Shown here piece after piece: positions 28,124 through 41,039 of a stretch of DNA of 64,000 bases. The stretch is from Amphiscolops sp. MND2022 (taxonomy: Eukaryota). The translations under genes and the position numbers were made by a program. The stretch is taken from contig OZ076409.1 of NCBI GenBank assembly GCA_964187785.1, positions 52,206,001 through 52,270,000 on the forward strand, given 5' to 3'. Each line of letters begins with the position of its first letter. Position 1 is the stretch's first letter. The notes below the pieces were generated by a model that searched no databases, had not been told where the DNA came from, and saw only the letters and a list, made by a program, of their open reading frames with translations.

Positions 28124-29429
28124 AGATCGTTCTACCCGATACTTTAATTATTCTCCAAAAATGACATGGCATCGACCTCGCGTTGACCTCCATACAGTAA
28201 ATCGTACATTGCCATAAATGGTAATTTATGAATTCATCCATGGAATGATCATCAGATTCCATGCGAACTATACTACATAATAAAAACTTCTCATATATGG
28301 AAAAAAGTCATGTCATGACAATGAAATTTATTTTTATTTAGGGCAACTAGTTTCTTTAAATGGAAACCTTGTATGAATTATATGATAGGTCGACCCGGGA
28401 TTTTATTCCTTTGACGTTAGTTCTCAGCCAAATTTCAGTAGTTTATGATAAAGGTTGAAAATGTCATGACCAGTATATCGTAAACCGATCTGCCTTTTTG
28501 ACGCTATTCAAAGTAAGCGAAAAAACTCTTGTGAAAAATGAAGTAAATTTTTTTATATTAAAGAAAAAGTAAGTCAGAGATAGTATCAACTCAAATTTTT
28601 TGCGGATTTTAGTTCATTTTGTAGCTTGTTAGCAAAGCAACAAAAATACACGGCAATTGCATCTGTTGATATTCAACGAGATGAGCTGCTTTAGATGTAA
28701 AAATTATCACAATAATATTCATCAAGTCGCTACTTCGGTTATTCCAGTGAACTTCGATTGCCAAGTCTCGCTGGAATTGAAACAAAATGGTGGCTGTGCA
28801 GCACTATTGCAACCAAATAAATCTGCTGAAAGGTCACCGAAAATTTAAAGAACAACACATTGTACAACGCAGAACAATAAAATATAAGATGTGGAGGTGG
28901 CTTTATTGGTAGCGTGAACATTCGCTGTACAATAGGTACATTTATCAAACAGCAGTTGGTCGTGATTTTTTGTTCTTATCAACTTCCTCGGTCGAGCCTG
29001 CTGGAAAATTTCACAATAAGGATTGCTTCCTGCCACGCCAATTTTTCAAACAAAACATGCAAAGCACCAGGAACTTGCATGAAAAAGGTTGCAGGAAAGC
29101 AATGCAACTTCCAAAATTTAATGAAAATTGAAAACATTTTCACTTTGTTGACGTTTCGATCACTCTATTTCCACATTGTCGCTTCTCAACTACACTATTG
29201 TATTTATTACGGTAATTGAATTGGGCGATGAATTTGCAGTTTTTGTAATGATTCAAGTTGTTTTGCAAAAAAAGTTCATAATGCCTCAGCGGCATACAAG
29301 TTTAGCACTAATGTATGTTTAAACCTGCAAAGTTTGACAGCTTTCTAATGCCGCCAAATTCAGTGCAAATATAAAAAAAGATCAAGAACGAGGGCAGACC
29401 GAATGCGGACAATAGAGCCTGTATAGCCA

Positions 29430-29935
29430 AACAAGACGGGAACGTCTATAGTCGGCGCTATATCTAAGGCTCAAAAAGCGCAAATGACTTTTTTTTGGAA
29501 AAAAACTTGAAATTTTTGAATTTTTTTCTTTCAGAAAATGCCGCATAGTGCCGGAAAATGTAAAAGGGGGGACCATTTGGGCTTTATTAACATATATTCT
29601 GTTGCAAAATATCAAAAAACTCGAAAGGGGACTCTTTTGAGACATTAAAAAATTTTCGAAAAAAAGTCGCACAATGCCGAAAAAAAATCGAAAAGGGGGA
29701 CCCTTTAGTCCTGTTTTGTAGGTTACGTTAAAATAGTAAAAAATGAAAGGGGGGACCCTTTTGCACTAATTTCCGCTGACCGGGCTTGGCCTTATGGTAG
29801 TGGTTTTAGTAGTTTCGATTGTAAGAAAAGTGGCCCAATCAGAGTGAGATTGTAGTCTGACGAAAAAAAAAAGAAAAAAAAACTAGCCACTGAAAGTGTC
29901 GGGCACTTTTCCCTAGAAAAGCTCCGACTAAAAAA
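29430..29935 (-). mobile_element. Full-length Helentron/DINE-1-like non-autonomous element
   Basis: 5' subterminal AGTCGG(A)G and 3' CGCCGACT inverted motif, then a short stem-loop AGACG-TTCC-CGTCT and TGTT; T-rich flanks. Confidence 0.65.
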
Positions 29936-32840
29936 TAGCCACTGTAATAGTCGGACATCTTTGTTGCAGTTTTGATGCATTATTGTCGTATCTGAGCAAA
30001 ATGCTACCTTAAATAGCAAAAACTCCAAAAATGAGTCTTTCCGCTTGATTAACTTTGCTTGGTACTTGGATTCCCAGCTTTTTAGCTGTGTGGTCTCCAA
30101 TGTTGGCGTTTTGGAGTAATGATTATCATCGTTGATGCCTGTAAAGCTGAGCTCGTGAGCTACTAATTACGAATTAAATCTCAGGCTAGTTATCCCTGCA
30201 ATATAAATTATCTCCTTGGCATTGCTTCCAAAAACTTTTTGGATCGTAGTTTTGGACAGGCAAAATGCCTGTTGCCCTGGGCAGTTACAGACCAGAACCA
30301 GTCGAAAGATATCTTCACGAATCAATACCTCCTTCACATGGGACACATTTCACTATAGGGAGGCAAAATGGACCTATTGATGGGAGCCCGTCCCGTGCAA
30401 CAAAGCCTCGTTGCTTTACGTTCCTCCCACTCATGTAACTCAATCAACATACGCGGCAACTTGCCGTTATGAAATATCGGTAATATGCTAGGAAACTGTT
30501 TAAAGAATTACATTTCAGTGTCCACTAATTAAATCAAAGCTGCATAATTCAAATGGCGGAGGACGAATTTTCATGTCCCCCTGATGTCGAATTTAGAAAC
30601 TGTTTATCATCTGCATTTCTCAAATGAGGACGGATATTTACTAGTTCATTTTGCTCATATTCGAAGCTCAGCACTTTAAGGAGACTGAAGAAAAGGTTAC
30701 TGTCACTGAGGAGAAAAAATGAAGAAAACTTGATGAAACTTGTTGACATTCGATCTGAAGCACCAAAACCAACCAAAACCATTTGCACCATTCCTCCCCG
30801 TATGAGTTATTACCCGAAAAACCCTGCTTTTGAGCCCGACGCCCTCAACCGCGAGAAAGCAAGATATTGACTGATTTCTCCGGCTGCGACCATGGCCAAA
30901 GTTGCAGAGAGTTAAACAGTGCACGTTTTGAGACCTCCATATTTGTCATTCTCCGACCAACCATTCAGTGATTGGGCCGTGTCAGCCGAAAATACTGTGG
31001 AACCCATCAAAATAGCTGAAAACAGAACAATTTATTTATATGAGTTCAGCTTAGAATTTGTCGTGAGTAAGCAAATTCATTTTCATACTGGTTCCGTTCT
31101 TTGAAATGGTCTAGCTGCTGAGCGTTTCATTGTTCTGAAGGTCACGATCAGAAAATTTTTCCAGGTTATCAAATACCACATCTAGACCCCGTTATAGGCG
31201 ATAAGCATTCCAATTGACAAAATTCGGATGGTTATAGAATTGTTGACATTTTGCGGCGCACTTTTGTCTTTGCGTTTTTTGCTCATGATGCTTATTTGTT
31301 TAAACGTTACATATTGATTGTATGACATAGCATAGTTTCGTAAAGATATCAGCACCAGCAGGATTGGCAGTTTCATGCAAATATGTACAGGGTATGCTAA
31401 TCTTCAATGGTTATTTGTAAAAAAATGGTTATTTAATTATCCAGTCACAACCAAGCTGCTACCCAGCGGTTTAAATTTTGATTGTCGTTATCAAATTTTC
31501 AGCCTCACACACTGTAGTTAAAGATGCAATGCGACATGCAGTGAAATTCGTCATTTTGATCTGAAAAAAAATATTTTTACCGCTTTTTACGAAAAGAGAC
31601 ATGTTCGTTCCTTTAACATCGATTATCTCTCGGGAGCTTCAATATAAACATTTCACTCCTCTGGCTTATCGTTTTTTCAACCTCCATCATAAATTATTTA
31701 AAAAACAGGCTGAAACTAGTGCGTTTATGCATAAAAAGTAACTTCATGGACGCGTTCCTAGTGTAAAATACTTTGAAACTCTTGCTAAGATCTTGCACAT
31801 TCTTACATTTCCCGTTCAGTTTGAAAATTTTGAAGATGTTGTTTTTCCTTACTTCACGGTGATAGCTTGATTGATAATGTGAACGGCTGCGGCTTAATAG
31901 GTACACTGATAAAGCTGCAGTTAGCGTCGGTTTCTGTTTGTTTTCATTTACTTCCGTTAGTTTTTCTCTTGGAACTCTTGGCAAGTTCTTGCAAGATTGT
32001 GCATATTTTTGCCGCTCTTGATAAGAATCTTGACAAGTTTCTTACCAAGGGTTTCACTAAATGCCAGATTCTTTTCACAAGTTTCAAGAAGTTTCAAACT
32101 GGGTTGCCTCTTGATGATGCGCACAATTTGAGCGTTTGTCGAGTATGTGAAAAAGATGTAAGAATATGCAAGCGTATGAAACTGTCTAGAGGGTCGAATA
32201 ATGTCTAAGGAATGCCGTCTAAAAGTAATTCCAGAGTAACGTCTAAAAAATAACGTCTGAAATTAAATGTACAAACATAAGACATGAACATGGCCTGGCT
32301 TTAAACTTTCTCACGTTATGCATTTTGCCTTTATTACCTAGACTTTATTCCTGCGCGCGGAAACTGCAAGGCCTGAACACAAGCATTGAAATTAACGCAT
32401 GTGAAAGCAATCAAATGCCCAAAACCCATTTGCTAGTTAAGGTTTCAAAATTCGTCGAGAACTGAATTCACAATATCAGTTTTTTGCATTTTTGATTTTT
32501 GGAGCCAGTTAAAATGAAATGTTTTCAAAATGAATTCGATCAATGAATGCTTCTAAAAAATTTAATTTAGACAAAGGTTTTTCATTATAAATTATTGTAA
32601 ATTTTAAAAATAATATTAATTTGACATCAGCAATAAAAGGTCAACTTTTCAATTGTGTAATTCGGCTTGTTATCTCATCGTGAACATTTTTGTTATCAAC
32701 TCAGAGGTTTTAAATTTGCAGTGCATTGAAAGATTGAGCTTCTATGTGCATTAAACGAATCCCTCACTACTTTTCGATATCAATCATTTTGTCGCTTAAA
32801 CTGAAAGAGTTGTTTTTTACGGCACAAGAATGTTCAACTT

Positions 32841-34219
32841 GGTGTCAGCTCGAGAATACCGCAAGTCGAAAGACCATAGGTCATAAATTCACAGAGTTAA
32901 ATTACCAGACGGTCAAACTACCAGACGGTCAAATTACCAAACGGTCAAAATAACAGGATTAGGAAACCAAGTACTGTACCACGTGAAGTATCATCATTTT
33001 TTTAATACCGTAATTAAACGACTCAGTTAGAGCTAAATTATTCATTTTTAGTTGGCGCTTTTATTAATGAAAGAGCACGACTATTACAGTCACTCGTTTT
33101 TAAAAGACAGACTCGAAGCGACGAACGTTAACGTTCAACTAAAGGAAACTAAACGAAAACCCGGGAAACGCATCTAAGTTATTCCAAAGGGTCCCCCTTT
33201 GGCTTTTCACTTTTTAAACGTAACCTACAAAACCGGACGGGACTGAAGGGTCCCTCTTTTCGATTTTTTTTCGGCACTGTGCGACTTTTTTCCGAAAATT
33301 TGTTTTGTCTCCAAAGAGTCCCCCTTTGGTTTTGTACTTTTTAAACATAACCTACAAAACCGGACGGGACTAAAGGGTCCCCCTTTCGATTTTTTTGGCA
33401 TTCTGTGAATTTTTTTCGAAAATTTTCTTTTTCTCCAAAGAGTCTCCCCTTTTGTTTTTTACCTTTTAAACGTAGCCTACAAAACCGGATGTGCCTAAAG
33501 GGTCCCACCTTTGGATTTTTTCGGCACTGTGCGACTTTTTTCGAAACTTTTTCAATGTCGCCAAAGGGTCCCGCCATCGAGTTTTTTGATATTTTGCAAT
33601 TGAATGTATCTTAATAAATCACAGAGTTGAATGTCAGTTTCTGGCGATACGTGACGGCAATAAAATGGAATACGTAATTTTTTGCTGGAGATTCGCAGCA
33701 TCCATCGTTGAAGATTTGATTACGCAACGAGAGCTGCTTTTAGAACGATTGACGGCAAAAATGAATTTTCAGCTCTTTCTTCAGAACTACAACTTAATTC
33801 CAATGAGTGAAACTTCTGGGTCCCGTTTTCGTGCTTCACATAGCAAACATCTTTTGATTATATAATGGGTAATTAGATTCAAGACGCCTTTCTTTTAGCG
33901 CTAAGATTGAAATTGTGTGGCAGTAGTCATTAATCTCAGACGCATTTGAATTTGATAACTCAAATATGGGGTGAAATGAACGTGGGGTGAAATGAACGTG
34001 GGGTGAAATGAACGTGGGGTGAAATGATGTACTAAAGCGCGTATTCAAACATCGCCCTCAAATTATTTTCAACTTTGAATACTATCACGCAATTGTTCGA
34101 TTCTAACTGGTATTTTGACAGTCGGATAATTTGACCGACTGGTAATTTGACTCTGTGGTTTTATGACCTTTGTCTTTCGACCTCTGGTATTTTGTCCTCT
34201 TGTATTAAGACCTGTAACC
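32841..34219. mobile_element. Non-autonomous Mutator/foldback-like element with ~120-bp modular TIRs and 9-bp TSD
   Basis: GTTCAACTT at 32832-32840 and 34220-34228; GG...CC termini. TIR modules GTCGAAAGAC..GGTCATAAA..ACAGAGT.AAATTACCAG.CGGTCAAA are inverted at the two ends. Contains a DINE-like fragment (33180-33620) and a GGGGTGAAATGAACGT minisatellite (~33968-34028). Confidence 0.8.
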
Positions 34220-35324
34220 GTTCAACTTGACTAACTTGCTAGTCAATCTTGAGAAACAATTTGATGAAGGAACGTTTTTCACGAACTTCAGAGGAAAATT
34301 TATAAAGATTCGGAAACAGTTTATGTAGGGGCTTTTGAGCAGAATCAGAAATTTACACAAAAATTCCAGGATCAGAGGAAATAATTATATATGCCTGTGC
34401 AAAAAGTTTTCTCCAGAGATTTATTCTTTACGCCTTATTGATGCCTGATCTTTAGCGAAGGGACTTATGCCTTCCTTGAGTATCAAAATTGCGAAACGTT
34501 CGGAATTGACTAGTTCAACTGTAACACGGTATTAAAATTTTCGAAATTTTTCTCGATTTTTCTAGTGCTTGAAGGTACTTTGTAATGTCAATGTAGATAA
34601 ATGAATTTTCTTCTTTCTTCTTCCTTCAATGGTTGAAGAGACTTGGGTCATTCAACTTCTCAATTGTTATTCAACATTGATGTAACAGTGTAAGCATTCT
34701 TTGCTATGATTTTTGGTACCAAAATAAATTTTTGGACGGTATTAATTTGGCGATTTCGAAATTAGATGAGTAACATAAACAAAACGGAAAATGATTAACC
34801 GGCTGCCAATAATTTGTCTAAGATACACCTGAACTGAGTATATTTGAAATGAACGCATAATGTGATAGTTGAAATTGTTTGATGAACCTCAAGTGAATAT
34901 TCATTCAAAATAAAGTTTTTTAATATTATAATAACTGTAATTACATGAAACGTAACTAGGTGCTCTATCAAAAAGTTCTTGCTGATACAGTCGCATTAAC
35001 GCACACGTGTATGGATGAATCTTCTCATGAACTACCACTAAGTTAGTTTGTGAAGTGGACAAAGGATGACAGCAGAAGGGGCTAAGCCTATGAAACATGG
35101 ATGATGATACACGTTTCAGAGATCTTAACCCCGCCGAAATTTCTCCAAATTTTCGAGAGATAAAAAGCAAAGAAAAAGACTTTGGAGTTTTCGAAACACT
35201 AGAGAAAATTCAAAAGGAAAAATAATTGCTTGAATATTCATCCAGTTGTTGATGGTGAGACAGCTGTTGAGAATTTTCGTGCATTGTGCAACAATACCCT
35301 GAGCCTAATGATAGATCATTTCTC

Positions 35325-37501
35325 TCACAAGGGGTTGTGGAATTCTGTAAATTGATGATTAAATGCGACTGGTCAACGATTGTTGTGCAACTAACGTGTC
35401 TAAATTAATGATAAAAAGTGATTGGTCAACGATTGTGCAACTAACGTGTATCGTAATAGCAGTTGACGATGAGCTTGGGCACGATTACATAATCGGCGTC
35501 GTTTTTACAGTAAGCGTAACTGCATCCAACCTCGCGTCCCTTCTGCCACATCAACTGGATGAAGTGGGAGTACGACTTGAATCCATTGGGGTCACATTTG
35601 TTAAAGGGCTGATCGTCCAGAGGGTATGTGTAGTACCTGATCTCCTTGTACCACTCATCCACAGCGTTGTATGCCTGTGTGCACATGTTGGCGTCTTCTC
35701 CGAAAAAGGCCGGAACGTGTTCAATGTTCCACAGATTCTCACCCACCCAGTTGTCTTTATTAAAAGGTTGTCTGTGGAAATCGTAGCATGAGTTCTCAGC
35801 TGCAAATGAAACAACAAGCAATTCAAGAACTTTATTATATATTTACTTACGATTATTTGAGTTTAGATTAACATGAGTTTACACTATTTTATTTCTTTCC
35901 ATTGAATGAATAAAAAATCTAAATTCATAGGAACAAACTTTGAAAACGATTTCAGCAGAGGCGAATTGAGATACACGTACAAGGGATTTTTGATCTCGAG
36001 ACGACTGCTCAACTCCTGAATAGTACTTAAATTGTAATCGTGTTACTGAAGTCACCTAACAAAATCATCGTCTGCTATTGATGTTCTTTTAGTTCATTTC
36101 GCTCCTCAGTAAAATTAGTAAACATGAAATGCTTCTAGATAACGACTGTAGCTCGATCAAATGAGCGTTGGAAAGTAATCAAAACCTGCAGTAACAGATG
36201 TTCATTGTTGGATGGCGAATCAAGCAAGAACGGCAGTGGGACTGTGATATATTTTTTAGCTTAACCGGAGAAAGTATCGGAGAGAGATCTCGGAGAAATT
36301 CATCAACTAAACGTTGAATGTAACCTTTGCTCTTATCTAAGTTTTTCATGATTTTTCTACAATTATTCATCATTCTCTGCTCAGAATACCTTGGTTGTTA
36401 AAAACTAAAAGCGCGTGAAGTAAAAAGGTTCTTCTTTAATTTGGTTCTCTTAATTCGGATTTATTGGCATAAAGCACAGTATTCAGAACAGAAGTACGAG
36501 AACTCCAAAAGAAAAGTATGTCAAAAGAAAAAAATTTCTTTACGTTCATTTTTGACAAGGATTTCAGACTGAATACCAGGATATTTTTTAGCTCTATTTC
36601 AACAACATGCATACAAAATATTCAGAAATCAGATATGCATAACAAAGGTCAAAACTGTCTGGATGCACGTTTACTATTTTAGCATTCAGCAAACTTGTTC
36701 AAACGTCCCAGAACTTTTTATATTTTAGCAGATGAAGTTTTGTTATTTTTATAAATACATGTGCTACAAATCTCGCTTTTTTGAATTTTTTGTTGAGTTC
36801 TTCATCTCTGAGAATGAAGCTAGACGATGGCAAAAGTTGGTTAAAATGCTGAGAGAATTTTATATTTTCCCCACATATTGGTTTTAAAGTGGAAATGAAA
36901 AAAACCAAGGTTCCTAATCTGTTCTATGAAGTTGCTTCCTTTTTAAATAGTTACTTTTTATCATCATTTTTTGTGTTTCAATTGGTATTTGCTCATACCA
37001 TGAGTGCAAGTATAGTGCAATCAGGGGAATGTCCGCAGTATCTCAATACATTCTTCTTCTTCAAAGGCTAAATTTGTCCTCCTGTAAAATGAAATGTGAA
37101 CAAACGACTCCAAACTCGGGTATCAGCGAGAATTCAGTTAAGAACAAAAAAAGAAACTAACAGAAATACACCGATGTCTGGTGAGCGAGGGTAGCAAGAT
37201 GGTCGCTCCATTTAAGGGGTTGAAGGCCGACTGCTGTTCGATAGTAGTTGTGTCGCTCTAAGATGCACTGGGAGTACCTATCGTTTGCTGTGAGAACCCC
37301 ATCAGGGTTAGGGATGACGTAGTCAGGGAAATAAGCGCTGATGTCGAGTTTCCTCTCGTCTATTTCCTCTGGCCTGTCAGCGGGGTTGAAAGCTTCAGAT
37401 GGTGGGCTATTCTCAGTATCCTGCACGATTGGCGGGTTAACGCTTTCAGCCACCTTCGAGAAGAAGCAGACCACCAAAAAAGAAGCAACGAAAAGATTCA
37501 T
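35325..37501 (-). CDS. Secreted CAP/SCP (PR-1/GLIPR-like) domain protein, 3 exons (37501-37162, 35799-35446, 35344-35325), 237 aa
   Basis: Signal peptide MNLFVASFLVVCFF; CAP motifs ILERHNYYR, LKWSDHLA, VGENLW, AVDEWYKE, SHFIQLMW..EVGC, IVNCYY. Both introns are GTTAGT...CAG and phase 1; spliced length 714 nt is in frame. Confidence 0.9.
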
Positions 37502-38267
37502 CGTATTTTTTGTTTTACGCTACTTCCGATTCCACAATGAGCTTTTACCAACAGATTTTATTCCAAAGTTTCTCTTAGAGAAGACAAAACCAACCGAACT
37601 GGGTAGAGAATTATAGATATATTGCCTAAATTCAATTGCTTCCAAACGTAATCATAGTTTCAGATGGTTCAACTTGATCAAAATCAATTAGCGAGAATTG
37701 CAAGTGGAATATGCATTATTGAACAAATGTTGGCGTAATTAGTTTCCCTAAGTGAAGAATATTTTGCTTCGGACAAGTATTACCAACAAAAAATATCTAA
37801 TTAAAAATTGATGAAAACATCTGTTGCAATTATTTTCCATTTTTGGATTGCTCCGTTTTCCTAAACACCAAAAACCTAGAGACTCCACGGAAATTATTAG
37901 CTCTGCTTTGAACAAAAAAAGCCATAAAATGAACAAACAATAAAAATATTAGAGTGAATCATTGTGAAAATTCTTGATCTAGTCAAGTTATTTTAATATT
38001 CCAAACAATGAAATACTCTGGAAACGAAAAATAGCCCTTGAAATGAACACCCAGTTTTAGAACGCAGATAAATTTGTCATTATGCAAAAAATTTTGATTT
38101 TTTTGCGGATTTATAAGACAAAAAAAAATCCAACAAATTTCAATCGCAGTGACGGAGTATTGACGAGAGCGCATTGAAAGAAAGTCAGAAGCTCTGACAT
38201 ATCACAAAAGTGGAACAAAATTGTAGTATACCCATCAAAAACTGCAATGATTTTACCGGTGCTTTTT

Positions 38268-38768
38268 TTAGTCGGCGTTTTCGAAGAAAAACCCGACTCT
38301 TACAGTGGCTAGTTTTTTTCGTCAGTTCAACGCCATCGGTCCACTTTTTGTGCATCATGCACTTTTACCATATGTACTTAGTACTTCATTTTCAACGCAT
38401 CCAAAGCCTCTTACATGAGATAAAAAGCCATTCCAAAGCAGAAGGGTCCACTTTTTTTTGGCATTGTGAGACTGTTCAAATTTCTCATTTTTTCCGAATT
38501 TTTATAATTGCTCCGAAGGGTCCCCCATCAATTTTTTGATATTTTGCAACAGAATGGATGTTCAAAAAATCCCAAAGGGTCCCCCTTTTACATTTTTCGG
38601 CACTATGAGACTTACCGGAGACTTCAAAAAAATTTCGAAAAAGAATTCGGAAAAATTTTTCCTCAATTTTTACTGAGAGCTTTTGTTGTCTCCAGTTGTA
38701 GAAAAAGTGGTTTTCGAGTCTTATTGAGCCTTAGATATGGCGCCGACTTTGGCCGTTCCCGGCTTGTT
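38268..38768 (+). mobile_element. Full-length Helentron/DINE-1-like non-autonomous element
   Basis: 5' AGTCGGCG with a nearby CCGACT partial inverted repeat; 3' CGCCGACT plus stem-loop GGCCG-TTCC-CGGCT, then TGTT. Confidence 0.65.
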
Positions 38769-40469
38769 ATTCACTAGAGAAGCTCTCATTTTCTAAAATG
38801 TAAGATGATGCCTCGAAGAGCAAAGAGCATTTGATTGAAATGCGAAAATAAAATTGCATAGTTGTTAGAAATGTCATACACACGGTTGGTATCACCTAGA
38901 AAACACTAATATAAAAGATTTTAAAAAGCCGGAAACAAACATTTGTTCGGTTTGTTTTCTGTTTGGGAATTTTTGTTTGAAAAATAACTGCTTGCAAAAT
39001 GGACAGTAGATATCCAACCAAATTCGTTTAGAGCGTACTGACAGTGCTCTGGCGTCTTATAATTCATTTTCGTTTTTTTCTCATTTTAAGGAGGGAATAC
39101 GTTTTGGCGTAAAATATTGGACAGTAGCGAAAGTCGAAATTCTGATAGACCATTCTGATTGGGAATTCGGGTCCAAGACAACGCTTCCATCAGAAGGTCA
39201 ACTTCCATATAAATGCAACATGGCATATCGCAAATCGACCGCCCTATCCGTTTTGTCGCATTCTTCTGTCTTAAAAATGAAAAGAAGTGACTGTAATATA
39301 ATAATGTAGCGCATACAGTGTTTTTATTAAGAAGTAAGACACCAATAGTAAAGCATTAACAAAGAGCCCAATGGCAGTGTGATAACTTTGGTCCATTCTG
39401 ATGATACGTCTTCAAAAAAAACGCACTTTCCGGATTTAACTGCTTGACAAAAAGTATAGAAAAATTTTGAACTACAAAGTCGCTAAAAATCTGTAAATTG
39501 CATCAGGAAGTTATGCATTTAGATTTGTAGGAGCTTACTTCGAACACACGTTTTCCTTTGCGTAACTAGTTCCAATATATTTTGGAAACACGTTGCAAAA
39601 GGCATTTCTATCGCTGAAGGCGTTTCAGCAGAAAACGTTTGTCGCCTGATATGAGTTGTCGCTTGATATGAGTTGTCGCTATGCCATTTAGGACAACCCG
39701 GCATAGCGACAACTCATATCAAGCAACAACTCATATCAGGCGACAACTCATATCAATTTGAAAAGGCGCTAATTCATATCAAGCGATAATTCAGATCAAT
39801 ATGGAAAAAGCGACAACTCATATCAAGTTTGCCAGGAGGTTCAAAATACCTAAATTTTACTTCAAGAACAAATTATTATCAAACATAATTAACGGTAATT
39901 AGAAATTCCAAAGTTACACTATTCTTGACCATGGTGAACTCATGTGTTGTGTTTACCACATCTTTTTCCTCAGTTTAATACTTTTAAAACATCTATATAA
40001 AATTATTTCATCGGAGCTAGAATAAAATTATTCACTTTCCGTAAACCATTTTTTGCATTCTTTCAATTTTCAAGGCACGCTTGGAAAAATTTTAGAAGTA
40101 AACAAATTCAAAACTGCGCATCACTTGAAAGAACAAATTCCCCTATACAAAGGAGACGCTTGCCACTTGTGCAAATAATTCTCTTTTGTTCCTCTGGAAA
40201 AGACAATATGCGACGCCACTTGTGCGAGCACATATCTCTGAGAAGAGAACAATAGGCGCCACTTGTGCGGCCGGAGCTTCTCAATTTGAGAACAAAAGAC
40301 TATTTAAGCGAGACCAAAAGTCCTCACTTGAGAGAACTAATTCCCCTGATATAAACAAAAATTGCGTCAGCCAACTCATCTAGCCGAGTTAAATGACTAA
40401 CTGATGCAATCTTTGCCGACTTGTACTCGGCCTTGCCTGGTCCTGAAGTCATTTCCGAGTGGGGACCGA

Positions 40470-40686
40470 GAATGTGACGTTATTTATTCGTGCCCAATAA
40501 AATGCACCGATCAATGTGATTGGTTGCACGTGCTTTCTCTTTTCTATAAAAAGGCCAACATTTCTAAGACGATGATACGCTTCTCACTGTTCTTCAACAC
40601 CTAAACAAAAGTCACACCCGTAACTCACTCCCCCTCAAAAATCAACAATTCCTCAAAACTTCACTCACTTCACTTTTCAGGTAAGT
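40470..40686 (+). promoter_or_regulatory. Pol II promoter-like cluster with a short non-coding first exon and a strong splice donor
   Basis: TGACGT (~40474), CCAAT (~40494), ATTGG (~40519), CACGTG (~40527), TATAAAAA (40545), then CAG|GTAAGT at 40680/40681; three upstream GCCACTTGTGC motifs (40160-40270). Confidence 0.45.
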
Positions 40687-41039
40687 TATTTTCTTTAACT
40701 AAGAAAATAACAATAAAATTCCCAAGTCAAATGTTCTTCATTTTTCCCTCTATTCTTGTCTTCGTGACAACAAACTCGCAGTTATTCGACTGAATAAAAA
40801 GTTAACCAACAAGGTTCTCCTATGGAATCATTAGGGAATTTTATCTTGAGCTGAACGCTCCAAAAAATCCAGCCCCTCGATTGAGATTTATCGTCTCTCT
40901 AAAGCATGCTATCGCGTCAAGACTTAGCAAATGCTAGTCAAAGTTAACTTACAACCTAACTAAAATTAAAATTAAAGTCTAAAATGCATGTAACCTCTTG
41001 AAATTTTAGAACCGAATCTTAAGTTCGAGTTTTCTGACA

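Noticed and set aside
30553..30915. ORF-like stretch starting MAEDEFSCPPDVEF
   Set aside because: Interrupted by stops, with no recognisable domain or supporting splice structure.
37000..37082. Possible extra exon in CAP intron 1 (TTTTACAG...ATG|GTATGA on the minus strand)
   Set aside because: Contains stops in all three phases; exon 1 joins exon 2 in frame without it.
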